Source: a virus
Direction: 5' to 3' (one strand)
DNA length: 64,000 bases
Virus record (IMG/VR): IMGVR_UViG_3300023243_000351
Shown here: one piece after another, positions 17,000 through 27,598 of the stretch
Layout: every line of letters starts with the position of its first letter
Position numbering within the stretch: the first letter of the stretch is position 1
The notes under the pieces: generated by a model
The model's database searches: none
What the model was told of the DNA's origin: nothing
What the model saw: only the letters and a program-made list of their open reading frames with translations
Position numbers and translations under genes: made by a program

Positions 17000-18127
17000 T
17001 TAAAGAGTAAAGCCACTGAACGTGTTTGAGTCCACGTCTTGTTTGGTTCCACCAATTATATATGATGATATTTGAGTTTGCTGTGGTGCCACCTGCACTT
17101 CTGCCCCAGCAATCCACTTTTGTGTCCACGGCAACGGATTGCTACCTGTTTTAATACCACAACTAAGCCCAACTGCTGTCATACGCTTGCAGGTCAACCA
17201 ATCAATGTACTGACACAATAATACTGTGTTTAGTCCAATCATACTACCGTCTTTGAACAAGTATTGTGCCCAATCTCTTTCCTGCTTGGCGGCATTAAGG
17301 AACATTGTTTCACATTCCTCTTTAGTTTCTTCGCGGATCTTTGCAAAGTCCTTGTCGTCTGACGGTAATATTTTAAGTAGTGTTTGTGTACTGCCCAAGT
17401 GAACATTTTCATCACGTGCAATCAGTTTAATAATCTTAGCATTGCCTTCCATCTTTTTAAGTTCAGCAAATGCCCAACTGCATGCAAACGAAACATAAAA
17501 ACGTATACCTTCTAACGCATTAACATTGTTTAAGCATAACCATAGTTTACGTTTTAACTCGTAACGATCAACTATAACTTCCTTGCCGTTAACCTTGTGC
17601 TTGCCTACGCCAAGTAGATTATAATACTGCACAGCTTTAATCAAGTCATCATAGTAGTGACTAATGTCTTTGGCACAATCTGCAATCTCTTTGATATCGT
17701 GTAGTCCATCAAACACTGTACTCGGATCGCTGTACACATTACGAATAATATGTGTATAACTACGACTGTGTATTGTTTCATTAAATGCCCAAGTTTCTAT
17801 CCAAGTTTCCAACTCTGGGATGGTAGCGATAGGCAAAAATGCTAGATTAGGTGAGCGTCCTTGTACACTGTCCAGTAGTATCTGTCTTTTAAGATTACTG
17901 GTGAAGATATGCTTTTCATACTCAGTAAGTTCCTTAAAGTCTTTTGCATCACGCAATACATCAACTTCTTCAGGTCTCCAAAAGAAACCTAACTGCTTGT
18001 CTGTCAACTTGTCAAATTGACGATACTTTAGTGTGTCGAATCTCTGTATTGCCGGAGTACCTGCTTCGTCTAGGAACGCAAGTGACTTGGTATGATCTTT
18101 ATTATTTTTAATATTGAATACGCTCAT
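17000..18127 (-). CDS. nrdB: Class Ia ribonucleotide reductase beta subunit, with Q at E350/E352
   Basis: [39 protein letters not shown] all intact; C-tail [13 protein letters not shown] versus E. coli VQVAPQEVEVSSY. Confidence 0.97.
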   Translation of the reverse strand: MSVFNIKNNKDHTKSLAFLDEAGTPAIQRFDTLKYRQFDKLTDKQLGFFWRPEEVDVLRDAKDFKELTEYEKHIFTSNLKRQILLDSVQGRSPNLAFLPIATIPELETWIETWAFNETIHSRSYTHIIRNVYSDPSTVFDGLHDIKEIADCAKDISHYYDDLIKAVQYYNLLGVGKHKVNGKEVIVDRYELKRKLWLCLNNVNALEGIRFYVSFACSWAFAELKKMEGNAKIIKLIARDENVHLGSTQTLLKILPSDDKDFAKIREETKEECETMFLNAAKQERDWAQYLFKDGSMIGLNTVLLCQYIDWLTCKRMTAVGLSCGIKTGSNPLPWTQKWIAGAEVQVAPQQTQISSYIIGGTKQDVDSNTFSGFTL

Positions 18128-18137
18128 GTTTTCTCTC

Positions 18138-20441
18138 TTAAATTACACAACTTTCGCAATCATCTTGATCTTCGTAGTCTTCAAGCTCTTGCTGTTTTGC
18201 TTCACCTAGTGCTTCTACTATGTATTCACCTTGTCCATCATATGTATTAAAGTAGTACAACTGCTTTAATCCATACTTGTAACACATCAACAAGTGTTGT
18301 AACATTGATGACATTGGAATCTTTTCGTCCTCGTAGTGCTGAGGATTGTAAGATGTGTTTACACTAATACCTTGATCAATGTACTTTTGAAGTACGCCAC
18401 ACAGTTTAATATATCCCTCCGGGGTAGTCTGATCCCACAGTAGTTCATAACGGTTCTTTAACCGCCTATATTCAGGCACAACCTGCTTTAATTGGCCGTG
18501 CTTTGACCCCTTAACGCTTACAAAACTTCGCGGTGGCTCTATACCATTAGTAGCATTACTGATCTGCGCACTTGTTTCTGCAGGCATCAATGCCATTAGT
18601 GTTGCATTACGCTGACCAGTCCGTTTTATTTGTTCTCGCAGATCATTCCATGGCATACGCTCTTGATGCTTGACCAACTCGTCAACATCCTGCTTATACG
18701 TATCAATGGGTAAACGACCTTGCGCAGATTTTAAATCGTTCCATCTGGTGCATGCACCTTGTTCTTCCGCTAAGTCTGCAGAAGCCTTGATCAAATAGTA
18801 AGACCAGGCTTCTGCGTACTCATCTACCAGTGGCAACGCCGCTGGGTCACTGTAACTTACATCATTCTTAGCCAAGAAATAAGCAAAGTTAATGATGCCT
18901 ATACCTAACGGTCTAAACTCTTCTGTTGCTTTACGTGCGGCTTTAATTGGATAACCTTGGTAACTCAACAGTGCATCTAGGCCGCGTACTGCCAACTTGC
19001 ACATTTTCTCAAAGTCATGTGGGCTTTTTACATTGCCCCAATTGATCGCTGATAAAGTACACAGGGCGATCCTACCATCCTCGTCATTGACATCTTTCAA
19101 TGGTACAGTTGGTAAATCTATTTCTGCGCAAAGGTTACTCATCTTCACAGGCGCGATCTTTTCATCGAACGGTGAGTGCGTATTAGCATGATCCACGTTC
19201 TGTAAATAAATTCTTCCAGTGTCTTTGCGTTCCTGCATAAACCTACTAAACAGATCTGCTGCCTTGTAGGTCTTCTTCCTCAGTTTAGTATTGCGTTCTG
19301 CTCTCTCGTATAGCTCTTTGAATTTGTCTTGATCATTGAAGAACGCTTCATACATCTCTGGTACATCATGCGGACTAAACACAGTGATGTCTCCATTTGT
19401 GATTAGTCTTTCATACATTAACTTATTAAATTGTACGCCATAGTCCATTTGACGCACACGATTATCCTCTGTGCCTTTGTTGTTTTTAAGGACCAAGAGG
19501 TCTTCGATTTCATAGTGCCATATTGGATAGTAAAGTGTTGCGGCACCATTTCTTACACCTCCCTGACTACAACTACGTGTAGCAGATTGGAATAACTTGT
19601 AAAAAGGAGTTACGCCTGTGTGAAAAGCATCTCCTTTGCGTATAGGTGCACCTAATGCACGTATACGTCCTGCACCAATGCCAATGCCTGCTTTTTGTGA
19701 CACGTACTTAACAATACTTGCGGCTGTTGCATTGATACTGTCTAAACTGTCGTCTGTTTCAATCAGCACACAACTGCTGAACTGTTTTTGTGGTGTGCGC
19801 ACACCTGCCATAACCGGTGTAGGCAAACTTACATCAAAATTACTGATTGCGTCATAGTAATCACGTACCCATTTGAGTCTAATATCTTTAGGGTAGTCTT
19901 GGAATAGTGTCGCGGCTATTAACATGTAAGCCATTTGTGGAGTCTCAAACATCTCACCAGTAACACGATTTTGTACAAGATACTTGCCACGCCATTGTTC
20001 CATAGCAACATAGGTGAATGTTTCATCACGATCATGTTTAATATAACTATCTAATTTCTCCCACTCATCTGTATCGTATGCTTCTAATAGGCCGCGATCG
20101 TAAAAACCACTTTCGACATTGTGTTCTACCAGTTTTAACAATGGCCAAGGTGCATAGTCCCCATATACTTGTTTACGTAGATGATAGTTAATTAGTCTGC
20201 CAGCAACATACTGATAGTTTGGAGCTTCTTCTGAAATCAAATCAGCGGCACTTTTAATAAGTGTTTCTTGTATGTCTACTGTTTTGATCCCAGTATAAAA
20301 TTGGATGTGGCTTTTTAGTTCTACTTCACTGGCACTTACACCTGTAATACCTTCAGTTGCCCACATAACAACCTTGTGCATTTTTTCTATGTCTAGTTCT
20401 TCTTTGATTCCATCTCTCTTGATTACTTGAATCTTTGTCAT
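18138..20441 (-). CDS. nrdA: Class Ia ribonucleotide reductase alpha subunit
   Basis: N-terminal ATP cone (VIKRDG), QFSSCVL, SNLCAEI, ALCTL, LYYF, C-terminal CESC. Confidence 0.97.
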   Translation of the reverse strand: MTKIQVIKRDGIKEELDIEKMHKVVMWATEGITGVSASEVELKSHIQFYTGIKTVDIQETLIKSAADLISEEAPNYQYVAGRLINYHLRKQVYGDYAPWPLLKLVEHNVESGFYDRGLLEAYDTDEWEKLDSYIKHDRDETFTYVAMEQWRGKYLVQNRVTGEMFETPQMAYMLIAATLFQDYPKDIRLKWVRDYYDAISNFDVSLPTPVMAGVRTPQKQFSSCVLIETDDSLDSINATAASIVKYVSQKAGIGIGAGRIRALGAPIRKGDAFHTGVTPFYKLFQSATRSCSQGGVRNGAATLYYPIWHYEIEDLLVLKNNKGTEDNRVRQMDYGVQFNKLMYERLITNGDITVFSPHDVPEMYEAFFNDQDKFKELYERAERNTKLRKKTYKAADLFSRFMQERKDTGRIYLQNVDHANTHSPFDEKIAPVKMSNLCAEIDLPTVPLKDVNDEDGRIALCTLSAINWGNVKSPHDFEKMCKLAVRGLDALLSYQGYPIKAARKATEEFRPLGIGIINFAYFLAKNDVSYSDPAALPLVDEYAEAWSYYLIKASADLAEEQGACTRWNDLKSAQGRLPIDTYKQDVDELVKHQERMPWNDLREQIKRTGQRNATLMALMPAETSAQISNATNGIEPPRSFVSVKGSKHGQLKQVVPEYRRLKNRYELLWDQTTPEGYIKLCGVLQKYIDQGISVNTSYNPQHYEDEKIPMSSMLQHLLMCYKYGLKQLYYFNTYDGQGEYIVEALGEAKQQELEDYEDQDDCESCVI

Positions 20442-20457
20442 TCGTGCCCCATCATTA

Positions 20458-20904
20458 TTATTCTAACGTTAGTTCTGTTGCGTCATAGCAACGTTTCAAT
20501 GTTAATGTTTCTGCAATATCAGTTTTATTTAATACCTGATTGTCAATCAAATTAAGTACATATTTTCCTTGATTCAAATAGGCTACACAATATTGATACC
20601 CTGTGTTTGAATCAACATACACATGTACTTCAAGTTCTAAATTCGTTCCGTGCTTGCTATGATATAAAGTATACACTATTCCCAGGACTTTAGCAAGATC
20701 ACAATAGTAGTTATCTATAATTAAATCCCAGGCATTTGGCCAACTTTCGGGATTGTCTAAATCTAAATAAAAGGCAGTCCAAGGACAGGGCTGCCAGAAA
20801 TCTATTGTTTCTTGTAATGCTTCTTCAAAAGGAAGTTGGTTGATCTTGAATCTAAAATTTTTCCAGCACTTCAATCTAGAAGCACTAGTGCGTAACTTGA
20901 ACAT
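20458..20904 (-). CDS. Conserved hypothetical phage protein
   Basis: WPNAWDLIIDNYYCDLAKVLGIVYTL; between the tail-like gene and nrdA. Confidence 0.6.
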   Translation of the reverse strand: MFKLRTSASRLKCWKNFRFKINQLPFEEALQETIDFWQPCPWTAFYLDLDNPESWPNAWDLIIDNYYCDLAKVLGIVYTLYHSKHGTNLELEVHVYVDSNTGYQYCVAYLNQGKYVLNLIDNQVLNKTDIAETLTLKRCYDATELTLE

Positions 20905-20907
20905 CTT

Positions 20908-22278
20908 TTAACTAATAAATTGATTGATTGCGTATTTAAATGTGCCTGTGCCTGATTCTAATGTGACGGTTAAACTAGTGGCATTGGCGAATAAGTTTGC
21001 TTTAACACCAACTCCATTTTCCACATGTTGATCATGAAACTCTGAACTTGTTCCATCTGTACTGAATTGGTATGTACCAAAACGTTTTGCTGAACTGTTA
21101 CTGATTTGATACTTTATTTCGCCTGCTGTGTTAGCAACGAATGTTGCAATAACCGGCGAAGCAGTACTAATTGACGCACTACGTGCTACTCCGTATCTTA
21201 GATTACCTAGTTGCATACCAGTAGTCAGTGCGCTTCCGTTAGTATGTACTTCACCAAAGGAAACAAAACTAGTTGCGCCTGCAGTAGTTTTTCTTGTGCC
21301 AACAGTTCCGAAGTAGTTGTTAATACTACTAACACTATCAACACTGTTCAATACTATTGCAGTATTGCTGATACCATCAAACTCAGAATTAAGTATGTTA
21401 ACAAACTTTGTAGTAGATCCCATGTTTACAATACCGTTACCACCACCTAATATTTTGACTTTGTCTAACGTAATATTTTGTGTACTGGTGCTGGTACTTA
21501 ATATTTCAATTACGTTAGGGTAATAAGTTCCTGCTTTGATATTAGACTGAAAAGCTGTGTTTGTTATTCTAACATTACTAGCACTATCGATGTTTAGCAA
21601 AGGATACTGAACGTCTGCAGATACGTTTTGGAACGTTAATCCGCTTATATCGATTTGATCAGGTAGTACTGCACTGCCTGTCCCAATTGTTGCTCCACTT
21701 TGGAATGCGCTGTCTGACAAATTTGCTACAGTTAAATTACCATAAGTTAACTTAATTGTACTGCTAGACGGTCCGTCACCTTGTAAACTTGTGTTAGGCG
21801 GAATGCTAATAACATTACTGGTTAAGTATGTTCCTGCAGGAATATAAATTGTTCTTCGTGTGCGAGTATCGAAATTATTTTCTGATTCTTTATATATCTG
21901 TTCGATTGCACGACGGATCGATGCCGTATCATCCGCAACACCGTCACCTACTGCGCCAAAGTCTCTAATATTAACAAAGTCATCAAATTTCTGTTGGAAA
22001 CTGCGTACTGTTGGATTAAGGATACTACTGCCAGTTTCGACAGTATACTCTGTAACATTTCCCTTAAAAGTATACGAACCAATCAATGCCGCTAAGTCAG
22101 TGTATTGTGTTAACACTTCTGTAATACCAGTAGCTGGTGCACCTTCTGCTACGGTACCGTTACCGATATATAATTTACGTGTGTCTACACTCCAGCCGAG
22201 CTCTGCGCCAGCAAGTTGTGGTAGGTCTTGATTAAGACCTCGTCTATGTTGAATTCTACTTATTTGGGTAACAGCCAT
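20908..22278 (-). CDS. Tail-fibre/tailspike-like virion protein with pectate-lyase-3 beta-helix
   Basis: ISRIQHRRG...LAGAELGWSVDTRKLYIGNG N-terminal module; VNIRDFGAVGDGVADDT...IYIPAGTY...LQGDG. Confidence 0.75.
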   Translation of the reverse strand: MAVTQISRIQHRRGLNQDLPQLAGAELGWSVDTRKLYIGNGTVAEGAPATGITEVLTQYTDLAALIGSYTFKGNVTEYTVETGSSILNPTVRSFQQKFDDFVNIRDFGAVGDGVADDTASIRRAIEQIYKESENNFDTRTRRTIYIPAGTYLTSNVISIPPNTSLQGDGPSSSTIKLTYGNLTVANLSDSAFQSGATIGTGSAVLPDQIDISGLTFQNVSADVQYPLLNIDSASNVRITNTAFQSNIKAGTYYPNVIEILSTSTSTQNITLDKVKILGGGNGIVNMGSTTKFVNILNSEFDGISNTAIVLNSVDSVSSINNYFGTVGTRKTTAGATSFVSFGEVHTNGSALTTGMQLGNLRYGVARSASISTASPVIATFVANTAGEIKYQISNSSAKRFGTYQFSTDGTSSEFHDQHVENGVGVKANLFANATSLTVTLESGTGTFKYAINQFIS

Positions 22279-22303
22279 CTATTAAATCCTCATTATTTTG
22301 TAT

Positions 22304-23002
22304 TTATGCGGTTTCGTAGTATAGCTCAACTCTCTTCATCCACTGCTCGCTCCAGTGATCAAATTCGTCTGCTTCTAATATAAACTCCTGATATTGCGGA
22401 GTATCATCTTTAGACTCGGGCTTTGCGCACATTAAAATAACACCTGTGTTAATATCTGTACCGTGCATTTCGTTGTGTGCTTGTGCATACGCTGTTAACT
22501 GCAAGAAATAATCGCCGATCCACTCACGTTTCTTAGGTTTGTTGGTTTGTTTAAAGTCAATTATAGCAGGCCTACCGTTCCACACACCAACACAGTCAGT
22601 TGTGCCTGCATATAATCCATCGTAGTAAACTGGTACTTCACAACCCCAGTATTCATTCTCACTATCCATTCCTTTCAACACGACTTGTGCGGCCATAAAC
22701 CATGCAGTCTGTGCATACGGGTTAGTAGGAAACGCACCCAAGTCGTCTTCTTTTACAAAACGTTCAAGATAAGCATGCATACGTGTTCCGCGGCTTGCGG
22801 CTTCAGTTACAATTTCCTGTGCTTTCTTTTCGCCTACACGCTTCTTCCAATTACGTAGAGCTTGCTTTTGTTCTTCAGGCTTGGTGCGATCTAGTATTGT
22901 GGTTACGCTGGGCAACTTATTGCCTGTGGGTGTTGCATAGTATCTTTTACCACCAACATTAACTCTGTCAATGGGTTTGTATTCATATCGTTTAGTTATC
23001 AT
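22304..23002 (-). CDS. PD-(D/E)xK exonuclease
   Basis: LPSVTTIL, RGTRMH, YAGTTDCVG, IIDFKQTNKPK, YFLQLTAYA; start reassigned to MITKRY. Confidence 0.88.
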   Translation of the reverse strand: MITKRYEYKPIDRVNVGGKRYYATPTGNKLPSVTTILDRTKPEEQKQALRNWKKRVGEKKAQEIVTEAASRGTRMHAYLERFVKEDDLGAFPTNPYAQTAWFMAAQVVLKGMDSENEYWGCEVPVYYDGLYAGTTDCVGVWNGRPAIIDFKQTNKPKKREWIGDYFLQLTAYAQAHNEMHGTDINTGVILMCAKPESKDDTPQYQEFILEADEFDHWSEQWMKRVELYYETA

Positions 23003-23612
23003 GTGTTTCGATCCATGCAGATAGTTCATCTGCTATTCGTTGATGACCCTGGTGATCTGGATGATCTCCTTGAGGAATGTTTGCTCCACTTATTTCATGA
23101 AGTGACTTGTTATAAAATAGTTCAGTAGGTAGTAGTTTTATTCCTGTCATTGCAGGGATGCTTTGCAACGGTACGGTCCAATTGTAAACAAACAGACATG
23201 TTACGCCTAGAGTTTTACACAATCCATATACCATTAGTAGATCCTTAATGGCGTTAGCGTGAGCTAAATCTTGACTGTAAATATATTTGTAGTATTTCGA
23301 CCCAATCGCATGATTTGAGTTGGCCGGGTGTAGTTCCATTGGGTATCCGTTTTCCCAATACCAACTCCTGTCAGGATTAGTAATACAAAATAGTACTATG
23401 TCTCCTTTTCTGATCGATTTACGCTCAACTGCTTTAACAAACTGCCAAGTTGCTTGTTCAAGAGATGTGGCTGCTTGACTTAGATTGTCTAATAGATAAT
23501 TATTTTCCTGTGCAACAAGATACGGAAATCCTTGTTTCACTACGTCATGTAGGTCCACACCTGCAGGCCAACTATCACCAAATACATAAAGGGTTTTGTC
23601 TTTAATGCTCAT
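22992..23612 (-). CDS. SGNH/GDSL-like hydrolase or acyltransferase
   Basis: VFGDSW nucleophile motif and C-terminal DHPDHQGH. Confidence 0.65.
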   Translation of the reverse strand: MSIKDKTLYVFGDSWPAGVDLHDVVKQGFPYLVAQENNYLLDNLSQAATSLEQATWQFVKAVERKSIRKGDIVLFCITNPDRSWYWENGYPMELHPANSNHAIGSKYYKYIYSQDLAHANAIKDLLMVYGLCKTLGVTCLFVYNWTVPLQSIPAMTGIKLLPTELFYNKSLHEISGANIPQGDHPDHQGHQRIADELSAWIETHDN

Positions 23613-25314
23613 GGTGCATCCTTCTATAGATTTGTTTTGCATAATCATTGCGCTTACTGCTGGACGATGCTGAAATATGTTGTAATGTCCATTTAAGAAA
23701 CTGTCCGTTAGTGTTCAACTTCGAAGTCATGTCTGACACTGCCATAGAACATGCAGTGATCGGCTTCGCTGTGGGTGTACGATCCAGTTCAGTTGTAAAA
23801 TAGAACTTGTTGTGTATTAACCAGTTTTCAGCCAAATTGTCTCTTAGAATCTGATAAAGATCACTTACTAAGAATAAGTCTACTATCTTATCTGCGTCAA
23901 AGCTAATATAGTCCATTAACTTTCCTACTTTGTACACTTTGTAAAAATTTATAGTTGCATGTATTAAACTTAGCATTGTCATCTCTATAAAGTCGTGTTG
24001 AGTGAATGACACACAACTTTGCGTAAAAGGACTACTGAATTCACTTTGTCCGTGGAAGTCCCATCTTAGGGAGTTACTGTACTCAAACTTCCATTTATTA
24101 ATATACTCGTTACTTCTGGCTGCCGGACTTGCAGATAGCAGTTCGCTTACATATACAAATGGTATTACATGTTCGTTGGCCATGTCAGACAAGGTTTGTC
24201 TCCAGGAATCAACTGTCTGTCCGGGTAGTCCTTGTATTAACTGTACTGCTGATGGTAGGTGCGGGTATAACTCTCTAAGTTCTCTTATATGACTAGTGTG
24301 TACATCCCACCCGACGTCGGGTCTATCTATGTTCTCAAGTATTGTTGGATTATTATCTTGTACACTTATTACGAAATGTCTACACAGATTTGCTTTTGCC
24401 ATAGTATGGAATATTTTTATGTTGTTATCTTTTCGTAATTTGCTTACTGTGTAATCTAATCTAAAACTTGCATTTTCGTTTAGATTCTTATCTGCCATAT
24501 ACTCTATTAGATCAACATCCTCTTGGTACTGACCCAGGTTTGCGTCTGCCATGAATAAACTTTTTACTCCAACTGCTTGGAATAAATCAATTTCATCTTT
24601 GTAACTGTCTTTCCTGCGTGTTGTTTTGTTTCCGTAACCGCTATTCCAATCACAAAAAGTACATGCGTAAGGACATCCCCTAGTCAGTTCGTACGAAATA
24701 ATTGGTTGCAGTTTTTTCTCGTACATGTCGTCAACCATGGCTTTGAACATTTCTGCATTATGTAAGTATGGACTTATTTTAGATTGCGGAACATATTCGT
24801 ATTCGGCTACAATTGCACCCCTATTAGAATCAGGCCACGCCATGTTTGTAAGTTCTTCTTTTACTAAAGGTTTGTTAAGCACCATCCTCTCAATGAACTC
24901 AGCAAATGCTTTCTCGCCTGGCCCATAAAATGCATAATCAACAAATTTATGTTCTAAGAAGTAATTTGGATTTATATTAACATCTACACTAGGGCCCCCT
25001 GTAACAAACAGTATGCTAGAATCTACTCGAGGTCGGATTCTGTCTAACTGTGCTAGTATTGCTATGTAGTTCCAGATATAATGAGTAGTGCAGAACATAT
25101 CTGGTTTTTCTTGTTGGATCAGACTTACTAGCTCATCGTCAGATAACTTAACTTGTTGTGGGATCGCCCATTCCAACTTCTTGGCTATTTGTGGTTTTTT
25201 AATTTCTATATATGTCTTAAGGTAAAGACTAGTTGATTTCACAAAAACGCTGTCATTAGGATGTACAACGTCATGGAATAGTTTATCTTCAGAATGGTAG
25301 AATAATATTTTCAT
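23602..25314 (-). CDS. Cobalamin-binding-type radical SAM protein
   Basis: TRGCPYACTFCDW (CxxxCxxC); N-terminal YIWN...GGPSV...GPGEKAF; DANLG; LIQGLPGQT. Confidence 0.85.
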   Translation of the reverse strand: MKILFYHSEDKLFHDVVHPNDSVFVKSTSLYLKTYIEIKKPQIAKKLEWAIPQQVKLSDDELVSLIQQEKPDMFCTTHYIWNYIAILAQLDRIRPRVDSSILFVTGGPSVDVNINPNYFLEHKFVDYAFYGPGEKAFAEFIERMVLNKPLVKEELTNMAWPDSNRGAIVAEYEYVPQSKISPYLHNAEMFKAMVDDMYEKKLQPIISYELTRGCPYACTFCDWNSGYGNKTTRRKDSYKDEIDLFQAVGVKSLFMADANLGQYQEDVDLIEYMADKNLNENASFRLDYTVSKLRKDNNIKIFHTMAKANLCRHFVISVQDNNPTILENIDRPDVGWDVHTSHIRELRELYPHLPSAVQLIQGLPGQTVDSWRQTLSDMANEHVIPFVYVSELLSASPAARSNEYINKWKFEYSNSLRWDFHGQSEFSSPFTQSCVSFTQHDFIEMTMLSLIHATINFYKVYKVGKLMDYISFDADKIVDLFLVSDLYQILRDNLAENWLIHNKFYFTTELDRTPTAKPITACSMAVSDMTSKLNTNGQFLKWTLQHISASSSSKRNDYAKQIYRRMHHEH

Positions 25315-25382
25315 AATATACAGTCAAGAGTATTATACTACACTATCATGTGCATACATGTCAAATTTATTTAAGTACAGTA

Positions 25383-25844
25383 TTATAGATTAGGTCGAGC
25401 TTTTGCGGCACGTTTGGCCATCGAATCAACTTTCTTCTCAGGCGCTGTTTTAGGAGCAGTATCTTGTTCTGTATCAAGATCCAAATCTTCATCATTTACT
25501 GGGTTAATATACACGTACTTTACTAGTTCGCCACCTTGCCCCAATGTAACCTTGTTGTCTTTACTTTTAACTGTTACGTCCTTGACATCTTTAATTAGGC
25601 TTTTAGCATTTTCGTTGTTCTTCGAAATGTTTAGTAGCGTTTGATAATTAAACTGTGGGAAACCAGCGGCCTGCACAAGATTAATTAAGCTATCAGCACG
25701 TATGCGTGGCTGTTTGTGGGTGTCAGCCGCTCTGTTTTGTAGATAAGATAAGATAGTTAATAATGCACCGTTTTCGTGATCCGTTGCATCATCTTCAAGC
25801 ATGTCGTCGATGACGTTCTCAACAACAATATCATTGACTTTCAT
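25383..25844 (-). CDS. Conserved phage protein, probably head-associated
   Basis: MKVNDIVVE N-terminus; C-terminal VDSMAKRA. Confidence 0.6.
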   Translation of the reverse strand: MKVNDIVVENVIDDMLEDDATDHENGALLTILSYLQNRAADTHKQPRIRADSLINLVQAAGFPQFNYQTLLNISKNNENAKSLIKDVKDVTVKSKDNKVTLGQGGELVKYVYINPVNDEDLDLDTEQDTAPKTAPEKKVDSMAKRAAKARPNL

Positions 25845-25847
25845 TTA

Positions 25848-26531
25848 CTAGTCTCGCTTTTCGCGACCAACTTCATCTGCACCCACAGCTGGTTCTGTAG
25901 CATCAAACTCATCACCAACTTCAACATCAACTTCGCCGGCATCAACTGGAGGAGCCATGTCTGCTTCTGGACTGCCCATTGCCATGTCCATTGGTTGGTC
26001 TGTTTGCTCACCTGCCAATGCACGAGCTGCCATATCCATCTGTTCACGTGATGAACTGATTGCGGCTTGAAGAGTTTCTAGTATACCGCCAACACTGCCT
26101 TTGAAGTTTTCTGCTTCAGTCATGCCAATTTGATCACGTATTGTGTCAAGTAGTGCTGGCATCTGCTCGTTAGCCATTTCGCTAACATCTTCAAGCATGT
26201 CTTGTACGCTGTCAACCATATCTTTAGCGGCTAGTATAGCCTGGCTACGACCCATTTCACTTTCTTGAATTAGTTGTTGTTTGTTCTCAACCATCCATTT
26301 GTGAATTCCTTCACGTACCATCAACAAGTGCATGTATTTTGGATTTGTTTCTGCTTTGTGTATACCATGACTGTTTTTAATCTTGTCAAGGCTTTCTGTC
26401 AGAGCATTAGCAAGACCGTATGCCTTACTAAAGTCTAGTTTGCTGTAGTTAATCTTTTTGCCAAAACGGCTTTCCATAACTTTATTAATCTTAGTTGCTG
26501 ACGGTTTAGTGTTCATTTCAGATAGTTTCAT
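25848..26531 (-). CDS. Conserved phage protein, scaffold/prohead-core-like
   Basis: MKLSEM N-terminus; helical AILAAKDMVDSVQDMLED; acidic tail; ends GREKRD. Confidence 0.55.
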   Translation of the reverse strand: MKLSEMNTKPSATKINKVMESRFGKKINYSKLDFSKAYGLANALTESLDKIKNSHGIHKAETNPKYMHLLMVREGIHKWMVENKQQLIQESEMGRSQAILAAKDMVDSVQDMLEDVSEMANEQMPALLDTIRDQIGMTEAENFKGSVGGILETLQAAISSSREQMDMAARALAGEQTDQPMDMAMGSPEADMAPPVDAGEVDVEVGDEFDATEPAVGADEVGREKRD

Positions 26532-27051
26532 TGTTCATATTCCTAAAGTTATTGTATTTAGCCGAGTTAATTGTTTTCTGTAAATTGATTATGGCATGTT
26601 CCTGCTGTAGTTTGGCGTCAATGTATCTGTTGGTAAACATTTCTTTCTTATCAATGTCTCCCCGACCCTGCTCTATCTTAATGTGTCTTGCATAATATAC
26701 CAAATCAGTGGTTAAATTACCCAATCTGCTGTCCCATTTTTTAATTTCACAAGATTGCTGATATTGATCTCGTGTGCAACCGATACAATACAGCATTGCG
26801 TTTAGTTTTGATAAGAAGTTGTGTATATACTGCCCGTCTCTGGTTACTTCCCAACAGTCTTTGTGTATACCTTTGACTTCGTACGGACCAATAAAAAACC
26901 TGTAATTACCAACCGGAATAACTACAGGTTTGTTTTTAAATTTATTAAGCTCTTTGTTTGTGAATCGTTTGATGTACGCAACTCCCATGTTGAGTACTAT
27001 GTCAGTTAATAATGCCTTTTCTTGCTTTGTAGATAATCTTGCCTTCTTCAT
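26518..27051 (-). CDS. Hypothetical phage protein
   Basis: ORF in the operon; true start uncertain. Confidence 0.5.
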   Translation of the reverse strand: MKKARLSTKQEKALLTDIVLNMGVAYIKRFTNKELNKFKNKPVVIPVGNYRFFIGPYEVKGIHKDCWEVTRDGQYIHNFLSKLNAMLYCIGCTRDQYQQSCEIKKWDSRLGNLTTDLVYYARHIKIEQGRGDIDKKEMFTNRYIDAKLQQEHAIINLQKTINSAKYNNFRNMNNETI

Positions 27052-27223
27052 TTGTTTGTCTTAGTAATATGTCTTTATTAACAAGTGAGTTTGCTAATTC
27101 TTGTTCTCGTTCGTTCAGTTCAGCTTTTCTAATTACAGGCTTTTCCTGAAATTGACCTAGTACATCTGATTCTTCATTTGTAATAGGCAGGCTAACTTTA
27201 TTTACTAGTTCTATTATCTTCAT
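27002..27223 (-). CDS. Small conserved phage protein
   Basis: MKIIELV...ITNEE...LNEREQELANSLVNKDIL. Confidence 0.6.
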   Translation of the reverse strand: MKIIELVNKVSLPITNEESDVLGQFQEKPVIRKAELNEREQELANSLVNKDILLRQTNEEGKIIYKARKGIIN

Positions 27224-27225
27224 TA

Positions 27226-27519
27226 TTATTTTATGGTTAGTTGAACAACAGTGGCAATTAAACCTGCGAGCAGTGCCGCACCCACAGCAGTCATTACACC
27301 AATCAGTGTTTTATTGGATTCATTGCTTGCTAATTGACCCAGGGATTTGAATTCGGACAATTTTGCCCGTACATATATAATATGCTCTTCGACACCATTG
27401 AGTCTTGCTTCAACATTGTCTAGTTTTTTGTGCAACGTTTTGTACCTTTCAGCGCATAAATCAACGTGCGCTTCAAGGTCTTTTCTTTCACTCTCTGCCA
27501 TTTCTGTTTCCATTTTCAA
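27226..27519 (-). CDS. Coiled-coil protein with C-terminal TM
   Basis: LEAHVDLCAERY, coiled coil, hydrophobic C-terminus; TATAAATA upstream at about 27595-27602. Confidence 0.65.
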   Translation of the reverse strand: MKMETEMAESERKDLEAHVDLCAERYKTLHKKLDNVEARLNGVEEHIIYVRAKLSEFKSLGQLASNESNKTLIGVMTAVGAALLAGLIATVVQLTIK

Positions 27520-27598
27520 ATTTGATCGTGCTCTACAATACTACAGGGTTCTGTTACTTGCCGTGAGAGTGTGCCAATGAATGCCGTTAATATACTAT

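Noticed and set aside
17072-17080. Genome-wide codon reassignment (CAA read as Glu, or stop recoding) explaining QQTQ
   Set aside because: Other conserved Glu and Gln residues translate normally, and long genes are intact under the standard code with TAA, TAG and TGA all used as stops.
17000-20441. Group I intron or intein in nrdA/nrdB, or a second copy of the nrdB 3' end after the endonuclease
   Set aside because: Both genes are uninterrupted and of canonical length, and 15760-15868 encodes no QExE-type tail. The endonuclease is free-standing.
20908-22278. Diversity-generating retroelement target
   Set aside because: No reverse transcriptase and no template/variable repeat pair in the window.
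22304-23002. Cas4 / CRISPR adaptation gene
   Set aside because: It is a PD-(D/E)xK exonuclease without the four-Cys Fe-S pattern, and no cas genes or array are nearby.
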